From contig JAYWIR010000027.1 of NCBI GenBank assembly GCA_036172245.1, positions 744,001 through 808,000 on the forward strand: DNA of 64,000 nt, given 5' to 3'. A program made the position numbers and the translations under genes. The first letter of the stretch is position 1; every line of letters starts with the position of its first letter. Of the stretch, positions 1-13,254 are shown piece by piece. A model generated the notes under the pieces. It had not been told where the DNA came from, did no database searches, and saw only the letters and a program-made list of their open reading frames with translations. This stretch comes from Raillietiella orientalis. Taxonomy: Eukaryota.

Positions 1-3000
1 CCGCAGGAGACGCCATCTGGTGGGGACGGCCCGGCGGGTCGAGGCCTCGCCCCTACACCCTGCGCCCCCTCCTCACGGGAGGCGCCGTCCTACCCAGAGC
101 GTCGCTGCCGCTACTGCAGAAGACCACCGTCCGCTCGTTCTCATCCGTGACCTTGATCTTCGGTCGGACCGGCTCCCCGGCCTTGAGCGCAGCGGACGCC
201 ACGCTGTTGCAGTTGGACAGCAGACTGAGCGGCACCGGACCTGGCGGCACGCTCGGGAAGGGTCGGGCTAGGAGCGGGACAGTCTCCCGCGCCGCTGCTC
301 ACCTGCCTGCAAGTTACTCCAGGGATGAAAGGTCGCGTCCTCTAGGCGGCTGCGCAGGGAGGCCGCAGTGTGGAAGAAGCAGCCGCAGAGGGTCAGGTCC
401 CACAGGACGAAGACAACGCACACCAGCAGACGCAGCACCTGGGGAGGGACGCAGGGAGGGCTTGCGGCAGAGATGCGCGGAGGGGGTAGAGCGCGCGCGT
501 CCCCAGGATGAGCGGCTGCCGGCAGGGGGCAGAATTCACGATAGGAGCGACCCCGCCTCTTGAGAGTCGAGCCAGAAAGTCCCGGAGCAACGGACAGGAA
601 CAGGGGGAGGCAGAGAGTCCGAAACGGTGTAGTCGCGCCGCCCGATCCGGAGAGCGCGGAAGAGGGAGAGCGGCGCGAACCATCCGTTGCCCGGAGAAGA
701 CCGACCTGCGGCAGCAATGGAGCCTCCGGGAAAGTCAAACGAAAGTGAAGCTGGCGAGTGTGGAGGGAGTGGGAGGAGGAAGTGGAGGCCGCTTGAGGGG
801 AGGAAAGAAGGGGAGGGAAAGGATCGCGTGCTGGTCGGTGGGGCGGTTGCCGGGAGATCACGCGCGCTCCGCCATGCGAGCAGGAAACTTATAGATGAGG
901 AGGGAGGGGGAAGAAGGGTGGCGGGAGGAGAGCCACACGCGAGAAGCAGGGGAGGAAGGAGGCACATTGCTCGCGTCTCCCCAGAGACGGGCGGGACATC
1001 GTCGCGTGAGACTCCTTGCCTCTGCCCCTCTCCCTGCTTCCGAGCGCGCTGTCCGCCTCGGCTGTTCCCCCCCCTCTTCCCTCAACCTCCTCGGAAATCC
1101 AGCACTACCAGAGAAAACGACGGGGGGACAGGTTCGTCGACCGCTCCTGCGAAGGAGAGCAAGGAAGAGGGCGCGCGCGTCCTCTCGCCACACCGAGCGT
1201 GAGCTGCCCGGGGCGGAGGGAGATGCGGTCACTTGCTCCTCCTTCGTTCCCAGAAGCAGCCGCGGGCGCCCAGGAAGACATCAGTGCCCTCGTGCTGCCT
1301 TTAATGGAATTTGCGAGCCGAGGAGGTAAGAATCTATCATCCGCGTCCTCTCGTAAGCGGCGTTGCTTCAGCACGAACAGGCATGAGTTCGGAGAAGGGG
1401 GAGGGGAGGAGGAGGAAGGAACGGCCTCGCTATAGGGAACGGAGATCCCGTGCTCCGAGATCCTCTCTGCCAGCGCCTTAGGGAAGGATGATCCTTTTGG
1501 GAGAGAGCACTTTCTCCCGAAGTTTCTCAACGCGGAAAAGGGAAGTGGCAGTGCGTGTATGGGGGAAGGGAAAGGGGGGGAAAGGCTCAGCGGCATGAGC
1601 GACGCATACTCTTGGGACGAGGGAGGCTGAGGAGGGACCTCTTCCGCTCGCCCGCTCTCTCTCTCGGGGAAGCATCCACCCGTCCAGCTTCTCCGAGCTC
1701 CGATGATGACGTTCGGGAATTCCAACCGACGAGCTTCCCTCTCGTAGGTTCCGCAACCCCTTTCTTCGACGGCGAGCTCCGCGGTTCTTTCCGACGGGAA
1801 GGAAAGCGGAACACGAAACGAGGACCTTACAGTGCTGAGCCAATTCGACGGGCACGGCGATGAGTGAATAACGGAAGCGGAGATGACGCGTCAACGATGG
1901 ACGCGGCGATGAAGGCAATCTCTTACGAGACGTGCGTGGCTGTTTATGCTTTAGGGGTCATGGCGCTTATGAAGGCAATCTCGGACTGGAAGTAGGGGGT
2001 TAGAGGGAACTGGGTAATGCTACGTACTCTGAGGAGAGTACTGATGGTAGGAAAGCGATGGTAACACTACGGGTTGCTTGGTTGCCATGCCACTGCTAGA
2101 GGAAGGGGGGGAGGGAGAAAGTCGCAGCTGGCACGCTGTGCGCTGTGGACCGAGCATCGGAGGCCGTCTCGTTTGTCCGTGGAAAATGCGGGTTCACTGT
2201 GTGGCTAGGATCGCTTACGTGGCATCGGTCGTACGTAGCAACCGGCAGGAGAACCCTCCGCACCCGATCCGGAGAGGGCGTCTTCGTCCTTCCAGGTGAA
2301 GAGATCTCCCCAACGGCCTCCACGAGAGGGAGGCAGAACTTAGGGGAGCAGACCTTTTATTTTTCAGTTCCTCTGGAAGCCGTCAAGGGAAGGAGCCGTC
2401 AAAGGAGCTGAGAAGCAAGATTGCGGAGGACGAGGGAGCCAGGGGGAGACATCAGGGAGGGCTGCCGCCGAAAGGGAGACCCCGCCCCCACCCGTCTGCC
2501 AGGAAGTGTTGGCTCATTCGCACTCCCGGGAGGAGATCGGTGCACCACGGCCCTCCTCCAATGATAAAACGTAGGCGCTCCATTCCGAAGGGAAGCTGAG
2601 ACGGGAAGGCCCTGCCGCCGCTGGACCGAGTCAGAAGGATCCCCGTTAGAAAGATGGGAGGTGGTGTGAGGGTGGAGAAGTAGGGAGCCCCCTAAAGGGT
2701 GGCGCACTCACCGACAGATTGGGGTCGAAGCTCGAGACAACATCCGTCGAAAGGGTCAAGCAGCAGTGCGCGGTCATCATGATGGAAAGCAGCGACCTGC
2801 TCAGCCACTTTTCCGGGCCTGAAGGCACCTGAACAGGAGTCCGTTAGCCATGGGGAGGGAAAGGGAAGGGAGGTAGGAAACATTCCGTCGCCCCGGGAGA
2901 TTCATGTCGGGAATCGCCTGGGGAGACGCCCCCCGTCCGCCGAAGACCCCAGCGTCTCCTGGGAAACGGGACGGAATGTGCGTCCCCTGTTCGAGGGAAC

Positions 3001-6000
3001 GGAAGGAGGACCACAGCCTCGATGGGGAGTGTCTTCCTAGAGGCCCCAGTCAGCCCTCTCTCCCACTCTCTTTTTTTTCTCAAGCACCCATCCGGAGCAC
3101 CCGGAAGGGGAGCGAGGAGAAGGGGCGTGCTGACCCGCGGCAAAGTCGGGGAAGATCTGCGACATGGGTGCACCCCTCCCGGGTGCGGAGGAGCAGTTGG
3201 GAGGGGGGGGGGGTTGAGAGAACTGCCGACGTGCCTTCAGGGAAGTGGAGGGGCTCCCCCTTGGGGTTCCTTCCTGGGACGGGGAAGAGGCAGAGGGGAG
3301 AGGTGCCTCTTGCGGTGGGGAGGGGCGGATGGGCAGGGCTCGGCACTCACCGCGATGAGCTGCAGGAAGGCCAGCTGGATGAGGCAGAAGGCGGACGTCA
3401 GGCACGGGAAGCCCAGGTCCCACAGAAGCCTCGACAGGATGGACGGGAACACCTGGAAGGACACGCCATGGCGGCATGAAGAGGAGCAGCGGTTCGTGGT
3501 GGCGGAGGCAAGGGTTCGGTCCACCCGCTCACCCCATGAACCCCAGAGGGAAGAGGCGAAGGACCCACTCTGACGGATGCCGAAACACCTTGGCAACGGT
3601 GGAGAGCGTGCGCCGCGGGTTCTTCGAACCTCCATGTCCGGTTCGTGCTGGGAACCTTCACCCCTGCCGTCACTGATGCTCCCCTGAGGTCCCCAACCGC
3701 CGGCGGCTCCGAGGCGGCTCGTTGTGCACGCGCCGAGCTGCTCGAGAGAGCCGCGGGGCGGCGCGTGTCAGCACCGTCGCTCCACCAGCACGCAGCGCCG
3801 CCTCCGGGCCACGTCAACCTGGGTCCCTCCGCATGGGGTCTGCGGATTCGCATGCCGGGAAGAAGCACCTGACTTGGCGCGCGCGCGGTTGCCTCTCTTC
3901 CCGGTTCCTCAGCCCCCTTCCCTTCTCGAGCGCAAGGATCCCGCCTGGGGCGGGAAGACGAAGTCTCCCTAAGGTTCGTGAGGATGGGCGGACGGGGAGG
4001 GCGGAGAAGCGGGGAAAGAGAGGGACCACGTTGCTGCAACTGACGGCAGAGGGGAGACTGGGAAGCCAGCAACCGGGGAGGATCCAGTCGGACATTTCAC
4101 CATCATTGCCTTGGTTACGACAGAAAATGCTTTGCTGCGCGCGACCGCGGAAAAGACCGAGCGCTCCCTCCCTTCCCCATTCTCCCGTTGGCGCGCGCAG
4201 AACGCACGTGCGCGCCGGGAAAGGTGAAGCGCGGCGGTCGCGGCGATCCGCAACGTGCAGACGGATGAGCAAACCAAACGAAACGAGCGACTACCGGTGC
4301 CTGGTGGTTGGTTCTTCGTGCGGCGGCCCCACGCGCAACGAAATGTGGCGCGCGCACCCGAGAAGGCCTAGCGAACGACTTTCGGGAAGAGGATAGCAGT
4401 GAGGGTTCAGCGGCAGGCGGACGAAAACAACCCGTGCCTCCGCACCCATTTTCTTGGTGGCGGCCCATCTTTCGACTCCTCCCCCCCCCTTCCGGGCAGC
4501 GGTGGTCGTTCCCGGTCCCCCGGAACTCCCCATTTCGATTTTCGGCCCTTTTGAATTTCTTCTGCTTTTCCCTTCCCGCTTGGAGCTCCAGAGGTTTCGC
4601 GCTTTCCTGTCGACGATCGCAAATCATCGTCTCTGTCCGCCCACTGTTGATTGTGGCGCGTTTGCCATACCGCGCAGGGGATGCCCGAGAATGCTCAGGC
4701 GCAGACAAGAGTCCTCGGGCAGCGTTCAAACAGCCCCCGGCAAATAAGTCCAGGGACTTCTTTTCGGCAGCCGTCCCGAGCTTGGACGAGCTTGGCTCCC
4801 GTCATCCTCCTCCGACCGTCCACACGTGCACGCGGGAGCCCCGGAAGATGCGTTGGCAGAAAAAGAAACGCAACGGGCAGCACAGCATCCAGTCGAAGGC
4901 GCTCCCTACGCACCCGGAAGGCAAACCGTAGTGTCCCGCCACCATCCCGGCAGCCTTTCGCGTCGCCGGAAGCCTGCGTTCCCGCCTGGTGTCGCTGCGC
5001 TCCGGTGGCTGCAGCAGCAGCGCATTGTGGCGGAGAAACTCCCGCGCGGTTTCTTGGCGCGGCTGCCGCTTGGCGGGTCCCGAAGGAGCAGCGCCTGTGC
5101 CCCAAGATGATGGCTCTCGGGAAGGGTCGACGCGATCCGTTCTGCTTGCGCGGCGGGGAAGCTGCGGCTAATCGAATCAGAGGGATGCTCCCAAGGCGAA
5201 AGAGTCGCCTCCTGCTTTCTCGGAGGGTGCCACTTTCTCGGAGGGAAACGGGTTTTTCGCGTCGAATCTTCGTCACTTCCCGCGTCGGCGACTGGAGGCG
5301 CGGAGGAGGGGAATTCCACGTGTATCCCAGGGCTCGGAAGGTTCCCGGAAGACTCTTGCGGCGTCAGTGCCCGCGTGGTGGGAAAGTGTCGGTCGTCCCC
5401 AACAGGAGGACGGGGAAGGTGGGCCCCGCCTTCCTAGCCAGCCACGTCCTCTCGTCTCCCGCCGTCCCGGGGGCGGGGCAGCCTGGAACAATCCCGTAGT
5501 CGGCACGGGCAAGCACGAGCCTGGCTGCACGGCCGCGGGGGATGGAGGAATCCGGGAGAGGGTCAAGGGGGTCGAGCAGGCTCCATGGCAACCGCGTGAG
5601 GGCGGCAGGAATCTTGAGGGACTCCGGTCGGGGATCCGAAATCTGACGGGACGAGGAAAACCTGGCCCGACATCTTCCCGCGCCGAAAGATGGGAGTTTT
5701 TCCTGCGCAGGTGTTTGTCGCTCCGTCCTGCCGGCGGCCCATAACCGGGTTACCGGGTCGCTCCCACGGGGTTTCCCCGAATTCGGAGACCAGCAGAGCA
5801 GCGAACCAGGCTCCATCGGGAAAGGACGGGGCGGAACATGGGGGGGTCGTCCCCGCTCCCGACGCAGAAAGGGGGAGGAGCGAGGAAGGAAAGTGATTCC
5901 CGGGGATGCCTCGCGATCCTTGCTGTCTGAGCGCACAAGGAGGTTTCCTCGAAAGACAAGCATCCCTCCACCCCACCCCTTCCCCCAAAAGTGAACTGCG

Positions 6001-9000
6001 GAGGGGGGAGGGTGACTGGGAACCGGTGCTTTGGAGCGGACAGCGGACACTTCGCTCCTTTACCACATCCGCAGCAGGAAGGTGGGAGAATGCCAAGCAG
6101 GGCGCACGTGACCTCGAGTGTCCTCTGGGATCGGTCGGTGTTCTGTCGACCTCTCCCTTTGCCTATTCGACGACTCTCCCCTCCCTTTGTCTTCTCTAGT
6201 CCGCGCGCATTACCCGCGCAGGACTGGAGTCCTTCCTCCGACTGCGGGCGCCGGGCATGACTCGGAGTCCTCTGGGACGTGCCAATGGACTCCGTCTTTC
6301 GCCTCTCAGCGTACACGCAGCGCGGACGTATAGCGTGCGACCCTGACGCCGCCCTACCGCAACTGCACGCCGGAGTCTCCTTGTTCGCCGCATGACTGTG
6401 GCACTGAGCATGCCAAACGTGTAGCACGCAGCGTGCGCATGCGCGGGGGCACGGCGCACGTGTCCGCGCTGTCGGTTGGCACGGGAACGAGCCTGCGCAC
6501 ACGATCATTCCTCCCTGAGCGTGCAGTGAGGTGGACCTCGCGTGCGCGCTGCGCTCAGCGTGCCTTTCTACAAGAGTGAGTCTACACGGTCCGCTGTCGA
6601 TTCTCACGCCTGCTCTCTCCCGGTCGCGGCGTGCGGGATGGCCATCCTCCGGAAGGCCATCCCGCACGCCGCGACCTGTGGGCGTGTACTCTGGGGAAAG
6701 CGTTCATCTGGACTGGGGCCGGCGGAGGGAGCGTAGGACCCCCTGGGAATCTCAGATCTGTCGCCGCGAAGTTGCCGACGGCGGTGACCTGGGTACAGCT
6801 CCCGAGACCAACCTGCCGGTATCCGTAAGGGTCCAGGAACAGACACAGCGCCCTGCAGATTCCCAAGACGAGGAGGAACACGTTCATGGTGCAGACGTAT
6901 GGGCGGGAGGACAGCTGTGACCTAGAAAAAAGCAACAGTGCGATTCCTCTCCATGCCCTCTCTCCTCCTTCCCCCTTAGGGGGAGGGCCCGAGAGTCGGG
7001 AGCCGCGCCGACTCGGGAACGCGATCCCGAAGCGGGGTCGGAATGGCGAGGAGGATCTCATCGAGGGCCCGGGAGGGGGCTGCGAACAGCGGGAACCGCA
7101 AGAACGGGGAAGACACCTGGAAAGCGGCCCGGTAACTCTTTCCCATTTCTTCTCCTTCGCCCTGCCTCCTCCTCCCCCTTTCCCCGGCGGATAATCCCTA
7201 AAATGAGCTCGCTGGACTGGGAGGGACGCTCCAGAGGGAAGTGGCGGGTGCTCCCTTTGGTCCCTTCTGGTCACGGCCGGAACTCCTTGTGCAGGATACT
7301 CCACTCCCCTTCCCCACCCACCCGTATCTCTCGAGCCCTTCCGTGGGGTCCTCGCTTTTCGTTGTTCTCCCTGCTCCCCATACCTCCTCCTCTGCGGCAA
7401 CGAAGCGGCTGATTCGGGACTTCCGAAAGCATGAGGAAAGGGGCGCGGGGGAAAGCATCCCGGCTCTTCTCTTTGGGCACACAGTGTTCCCGTCCCTCCC
7501 CTGTCCCCCCGGAGAACGGGGCATGTTTCTGCATGCCTTAGGGGAGTCAAGAACTCCTCCTGAGGGGACCGGAACCAGCCTCCAGTCCTGGAACGGATGT
7601 TCCTTTGGATGCTGTCCTCGTGTGACGGAGACGCTCGGCTTAACCCCTCCTCTGGCGGGAAGAGGTTGCCTGTGAGGAGGGCAGGGCGCAAGAAGCGGGC
7701 GGCCGCGGCGCGTTGCCCAAAGCAGAGTCACGGAGCTCTCTTCGGACACTAGAACTGGCACTCTGGGGTGCCTCGTGCCCTAGTTCTCTTCCCTCCGCGG
7801 GCACGCCCTGTAGCCTGCAGGGAACTTCTGGGCGGGACACCAGGTGGCTGCTTCCACTGGGCGTGCAGCTCCTCGGCGTCGCGGGTGTCCCCACTAGGCG
7901 CGAAGGAACGCCTGGCTGCTGGACTACCGCTGGAGTGGAACAGCCGCTCCTCCTCCAGGTTGCTGAGGGAACCAGGGAAGACAACGTAGGAGGTTTCTTT
8001 CCCCTTTGCTCTCTGGCGCAGTCGTACCCCCCTTCCCTCCCCCAGCCCAACTGAGCACCGTCGAGGCATGCGCCTTTTCTCGTGGACTCTGGTGCCTCCA
8101 GGAGAGGTTGCCCCTCCCTCGCTCCTGCCCTCTTCTCTCCCGTTGGAAGAATCGAGGCCTTCTTCTCCACCGGGGCCGGAGGTTCCTCCGATCACAAAGG
8201 GATCACTCGGGACAGACGGGTTCGAAGCGAACGGCGGTGCTCCTACGGGGAGCACGAACCTCCTCCTTCGTCCTCCTGGGCGCGGGCAGAGAGCTGCTGC
8301 TCCGCGGAGGGGGAGAGATGAAGGAAAAGAGGAGGAGGAGGGGAAAAAGGAAGTCTGTCCTCGGGAAAATTCGATAAGTCGGTACAATGATGGAGGGGTC
8401 GCCTGGAAATCGAGACTCCACACCCCGTGAGAAGGAGGATGACAACCACCCCCTTCCCCACTGCCTGTCTTCTTTCGGAGAGGGATGATGTCACGCCATC
8501 TGGAGGAAGTCCCCTAGCGGGTGAGAGGAGAGGAGAAGTACGGGCAAGTCTCCCCCTCCCGCCTCAGTTCCCTCGCCCAGAGCAATCGACCTTCAACGCA
8601 GAGCATCAGATGATAACGTCATTATCGCCATGCTTGCCGCAACTCCTCTTCCCCCTAGCCGGGGTCCTGGTGAGTCCCTTCCTCTGCCACTACAAAAGGT
8701 CAGCAGCCGGATTCGCTGGACCCACACGCCTGCGCTCGGAGCGACTCTGCGCAGGAGGCAATAACGCTGACAGTTTTTTTTCTCAGACCTTTCTCAGACC
8801 AGCAGAGGAAGGAGGGCGCCTCCTTCCTCTGCTGGCACTTCCTCAGCCGTCCTTCCCTTCCGGCCACCGTGTGGAAGCGAGCACTCCGTCGCCTTCAGCC
8901 TCTGGGGCTGGACGGCGTCAACCTGTTCCACCCTTCAGTAGGGAAGGAGAAGGCGAAGAGGGCCCACACTTGGCAAGAGGGCAGCCAGTCTCCTGCCCTT

Positions 9001-10903
9001 CCCTGCTCCTAGATGGCCCTTCCTCCGCCCGCAGTCGAAGCCGGGGAGAGGCGCGTGCCCCCTGGATAGTGGACCGCCCCGCCGCTTTCATGATATGCCC
9101 GGAGGACGTAGAGGAAGCCACCAGCTGCGCTCCTCCTTCCCGCGTTAGAGGCCGCTGGGGGAGGGGGGGGGGAGGATGCCCGTAGCCAACCTTTCGTGAT
9201 GTGCGCCCTTTCCGTGCGCGCTGCACGAGACGAGGGGCAGTGGCACTCCTACCGGCCACTCTGCGTCCCCAGAAAAAGAGGGGTGGAGGAACCGGGGTCG
9301 CGAGCGCGCCCTGAGGGCATCGAGAAGACCCACCTGATGTTGAGGATCGTGAAGAGGGCGTAGAAGGCCATCAGGAAGAACAGACAAGCGAACCCGTACG
9401 AGTGGAACAGGAAAACCCACTCGACCTCCTCCCTGACGACCTTCCAGTCGGGAGTGAAGGAGGAGGCTCCTTGGGAGGTCCCCGTTCCGTTCGGATGCTG
9501 CAGGAGCGTCCGGTTGTCGACCTCTGGAATTCAGAAAGGCCGAGGCTGGAGCGAGGAAATTCCCGGGAGAGACCGGCAGTCGCGGAGAACTCCAAGGAGG
9601 AGCGACGGAGCTCGGCTGGCCTGGAGACCGCCTGTCGGCTCTCCTCCCTTGGCAGGTGCGGCCTGGCGAAAGCGATAAGGGAGCGGCGATGCTGGGGAAG
9701 GGAGGAGGGGAGAGAAACTCCCGTGATTGTCGGTTCGCGCTGAAGAGACACGAAGGATCTTTCCTCCCCATTACCGGGCAAAGCGTGACTCCCCCTGGGG
9801 ACCTCTTGGGGAGCCCAGGAGCCCAGCAGTAGGGGGTGGCCTTGGCCTCTATTGCGAACAGAGCCTCCGGATGTCGGTCGCGAGTCACCTGCCCGCCACA
9901 CAGGCGCCCCGGTCGAGTGGCCTCGGTGAAGGAAGTCCTTGAGCTGCTCCCTGGGCCAGGAGCAGTCGTCACACCTTCCGCATCCTCACCTTCCCATCTG
10001 GAGGGAACGAAAGCCGCTGACCCGGCGCCGAAGGACTTCCGGAGTGCTTCCTTCCCCCGAGGCCGAAACGTGTGATCGAGTCGAACCGACTGCGGGGCCG
10101 CGCTCGCAGAGCTCACGGCAAAGCGCTGGGGAAAGGAGAGGGGGTCTCAGAGAGGAGGGGAGCCTCGCCCCGAGAACCTTGTGCCTCTGAGGGTGAAGCG
10201 TGAGCCCGCCATCGGGTTCCGCTCGTCCCCTTCCTCCCGTCCCTCCCTCCAAAGAACGCGGCGGAGAGAGGATCGACCTGGCCCAGAGGGGGCAGGGGAG
10301 GAAGGCAGTTCGTATCCAGAGGGAGGGACGCGCGCGAGCTTCTCCCTGATCTCAGGAGCGCGCGCTCGGGAGACACCACCGCGGACGGGAAGACGACCGG
10401 AACGTGCCCGCGCTCTCCGCGACGTCACATTGAGCCTGCTTTCCCTCCGCTGGCCGCGGCTGTCTGCACCACCACGGGTCCGACCGCTTCCCGCCCCCTT
10501 TGCCGTCCTGCGCCGCAGGACGACAGAGGGAGCGGGGAAGAGCGGAAGAAAACAAGGAAGAAGAAGAAGAAGAAAAGCACGGTTTGGGTGCGCTCTCGCG
10601 ATCCTTGCCGTCTGGGACTGCGGCCACAGCAGGCGCCGAACCGGATCGCGCACCCCACATGCCCGGTCCATCCTCTTAAGGACTGGAGCCGCGCGGCTCC
10701 CCCGCCCTTTCCTGTGACGCTCCGCGCCGCCGCCCCGCGGTAGGTGGGAGGCGACCCCGCGACGGTCACGCGGGGCGGAAGGAAGGAAAAGGAAAAGGAG
10801 CCGGCAGCGACAGCACTCGCCCGGGGAGGGCACCGCAGCAGCGTCCCTCGGGCGCCTCACCTGATTCGTCCCTGCTTCTCGTCTGGCCGCACGCGAGGTC
10901 CAT
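1..10903 (-). CDS. PRRT3/PRRT4-family (proline-rich transmembrane protein 3/4-like) multi-pass membrane protein; spliced, 3' end outside the window
   Basis: Phase-compatible GT-AG exons on the minus strand: 10903-10861 (MDLACGQTRSRDES; gccgATGg context; least certain), 9523-9334 (..PDWKVVREEVEWVFLFHSYGFACLFFLMAFYALFTILNIR), 6921-6813 (SQLSSRPYVCTMNVFLLVLGICRALCLFLDPYGYRQ), 3452-3351 (VFPSILSRLLWDLGFPCLTSAFCLIQLAFLQLIA), 2828-2712 (VPSGPEKWLSRSLLSIMMTAHCCLTLSTDVVSSFDPNLS), 438-303 (VLRLLVCVVFVLWDLTLCGCFFHTAASLR..), 240-94 (..RPKIKVTDENERTV..), 16-1. The W..HxYG, R....DPYG and L..L.FP.L motifs match my recollection of the PRRT3/4 transmembrane domain. Five hydrophobic helices are visible. Confidence 0.85.
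6622..6676. repeat. Perfect 22-bp inverted repeat (hairpin) in an intron of the PRRT3/4-like gene
   Basis: ggtcgcggcgtgcgggatggcc (6622-6643) is the exact reverse complement of ggccatcccgcacgccgcgacc (6655-6676); 11-nt loop. Confidence 0.95.
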
Positions 10904-13002
10904 CGGCCGTCAGCAGCGGCAGCGGCAGCGCCCGTCCCGCCGCTCACATCGTCTCGCCCTTCCGCGCGAGACTGCCGCTGCAGTCTCCCACGTCCGCCTC
11001 TCGCGCGCTACCTGCCGCAGCAGCGCTCCTGGGAACCCCACACGCATGTGGTCAGATCCGCTTACCCCAACCGGGAATCGATAGCGTGCGCGATGGAGCA
11101 GTCGCATCCCCGAAGGAGGCGCGGGGGATGCGAGGACCGGGGAAGGAGGAGCGGGAGGAAGGGGAGCTTGCTGTTTCTCCACACCCCTACCTCCCTTCGG
11201 AAGTGTCATCTTGCCCTCCCTCCCTGTGGCGAGCTGGACGGACGACGACGTCCGAAGTAGGCGTTGCGTGAGCATCTTCGGGCTCCAGTGCAGGGCGGGG
11301 CAAACAGTCCTTCTCCCTGGCGCTCGCTTTCGGGTGTCGGAGGAACCTCCCACGCTTTCTCCTCCTCCCCCACCGGCCTCCTTCTGCCGTGCTCCAGGGG
11401 ACTCCCCGGAGCTGTTGCCGCCTCTGCCGAGTCAGGACAGTGCCCCTCCAAGAAACACTCCCAATGTTCGCAAGTGAAGGAGAAGAAAGCCTCGAGGAAT
11501 CGCAGTGCGTGGGTGGGAGACTCTACGCCCTGGCCTTGGCTCGGGAAGACGCACCACGCGGCCTTCGCCATCCGGAGGGTGGTCCTTCCTCCCTCGCACC
11601 TCGAGGAGCGAAGGGGATCTCTGCCGCTTCCATCTTGGAAGGTGTTCTGTTCTTCCGGATCTGCTCCGGGCGTTGCTCTCTGTCCTTTTCGCCAGCGTCC
11701 CTTTCCTTCTGGCGCGGTCCTTCGGGATGCCACCCTTCGGTGGGTTCCAACACACGGATGGATAGCACCTAGGAAAAAAGGGGAGGGGAAAAAAGGGGAT
11801 GGCGGAAGTAGGGCGTGGTTAAGCCTTCACTGAAAAAAAAAAAGTACTCCTGATAGAAACCGACGGGCCGTCTTATGCCAGCGTGATTTGTTCTCGTCTC
11901 GATGGACGCTTGCCTTTGGCTGCTTCTCCGAACGCCCGAGGTCCCGGGGAGGGTCGCCGCATCGACCTTTCTAAGCGGTTGTTTGTCGGGGTTCGCCTTT
12001 TGCCTTTGACCTGTTGGCCTTTTTCTCGAACCTCTTCCGCCTCCTTGGTCTCACCTCTTAAGCGGAACTCCTTCCTTCGGAATTTTTTCCTTTCGGTACT
12101 CACGGGCAGCTCGTTTCGCCCGAGCTTCGCAGCAAGCAGGATCACTCCTCCTCCCTCCCTCCTGCTCGATCCTATCTACCTTTCCTGCTTTCTCAGAGCT
12201 TCAGGCTGCTTACTTCGAGGAGAGTACCCTCCCGCTAGGAAATCCCGCTCTGCACGTTTCCCGCGTTAGGGGAGGAGAGATGTAGTAGGCCCTCGCTAAT
12301 CTGGGCACGCCGCCATTTTGAATCGGAAGCGTCGATTTGTTCGCTCGGCGTCCGACTTGGTGATCCAGGACGCTGCCAGGAGAGCCTTCCCTGCTCCTAG
12401 ATGGCCGTTGGCGGAGCTTCGCGCTTCCACCAACGGCAGCCTACCTCGGCGCCCCCCCCCCCCGTTCGCTGCCTCCCTTCCTTTCTGCTCACCGCGAAAT
12501 CGACGATTAAAGATCCTCGAGTCCGGAAGAGAAGCGCACTCTTTCGGATCGAATCACCGTGCCTGGACAGTCAGCAGCAGCGTCGTTTTCTTTTTATTTA
12601 TCCAGACGACGGATTGTTTACGGGAGCTCCTCATTTCTTTTCGACTATCCCCTCGGAATGATTCCGGTTCTCCACGATTGGTCTGATTTATGAAGTGCGA
12701 GCACCGTGTGAGCTGTTAACGATGCTCTTATCAACACAGTTTCAAAGCAGCTTCCTCATGCTCCTTGCTGTCAAGTTTTCACAAATCGCGAAGACACTCA
12801 AGGGATGAGAAGCATTCACCCTGCGGGACTAGCGAAGAACAGGAAAGAAAATCTCAAAGCTATCAAAAAACACGCCAACCCCCCCCCCGACGACGTAGCT
12901 GCAGGAAACCTGCGACCGAGGTCCGGTCCGAAAAGCGACGGCAACGCAATTCTGAATGTTCCCCGGACGTGGAAGATTTGCACCCACCATCGCTGCCTTC
13001 GT

Positions 13003-13086
13003 CATCAGTCGTACAGACCCTGTCCAGTAGGAATTCACACGTGCCATCAGCCGTACACATCCTCTGTACGAATCCAGTAGCTATTC
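13003..13086. repeat. Two diverged tandem copies of a ~40-45 bp unit
   Basis: catcagtcgtacagaccctgtccagtaggaattca is followed by catcagccgtacacatcctctgtacgaatccagtagctattca. Confidence 0.6.
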
Positions 13087-13254
13087 AAGCACTGCAATCA
13101 CGACCTGCTGTGCTGTACTCATCCACTGTACTCAACGGAACGGTTTCCGTTGTTTAGGGAGAGAGGAATTTACCGAAGAAGACCTTTCAAAACTCGAGCA
13201 GGAAATCACAGTGCGATGGCAACAGGTGCCTCACGGCCCGGGAGAGCATCCCAA

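Noticed and set aside
268..302. Alternative acceptor ctcctag giving a 35-nt intron
   Set aside because: It is in frame but shorter than any other intron here; the acceptor at 241-243 (62-nt intron) was preferred.
1909..1982. Repeat-spacer-repeat as a CRISPR array
   Set aside because: Only two 14-bp copies, a eukaryotic context and no cas genes.
500..12300. Many long overlapping six-frame ORFs (e.g. 4651-5499, 5750-6667, 9145-10116, 10147-10947)
   Set aside because: They give Arg/Pro/Gly/Ser-rich translations in several frames at once, as expected from high GC. Only short segments bounded by splice sites belong to the PRRT3/4-like gene.
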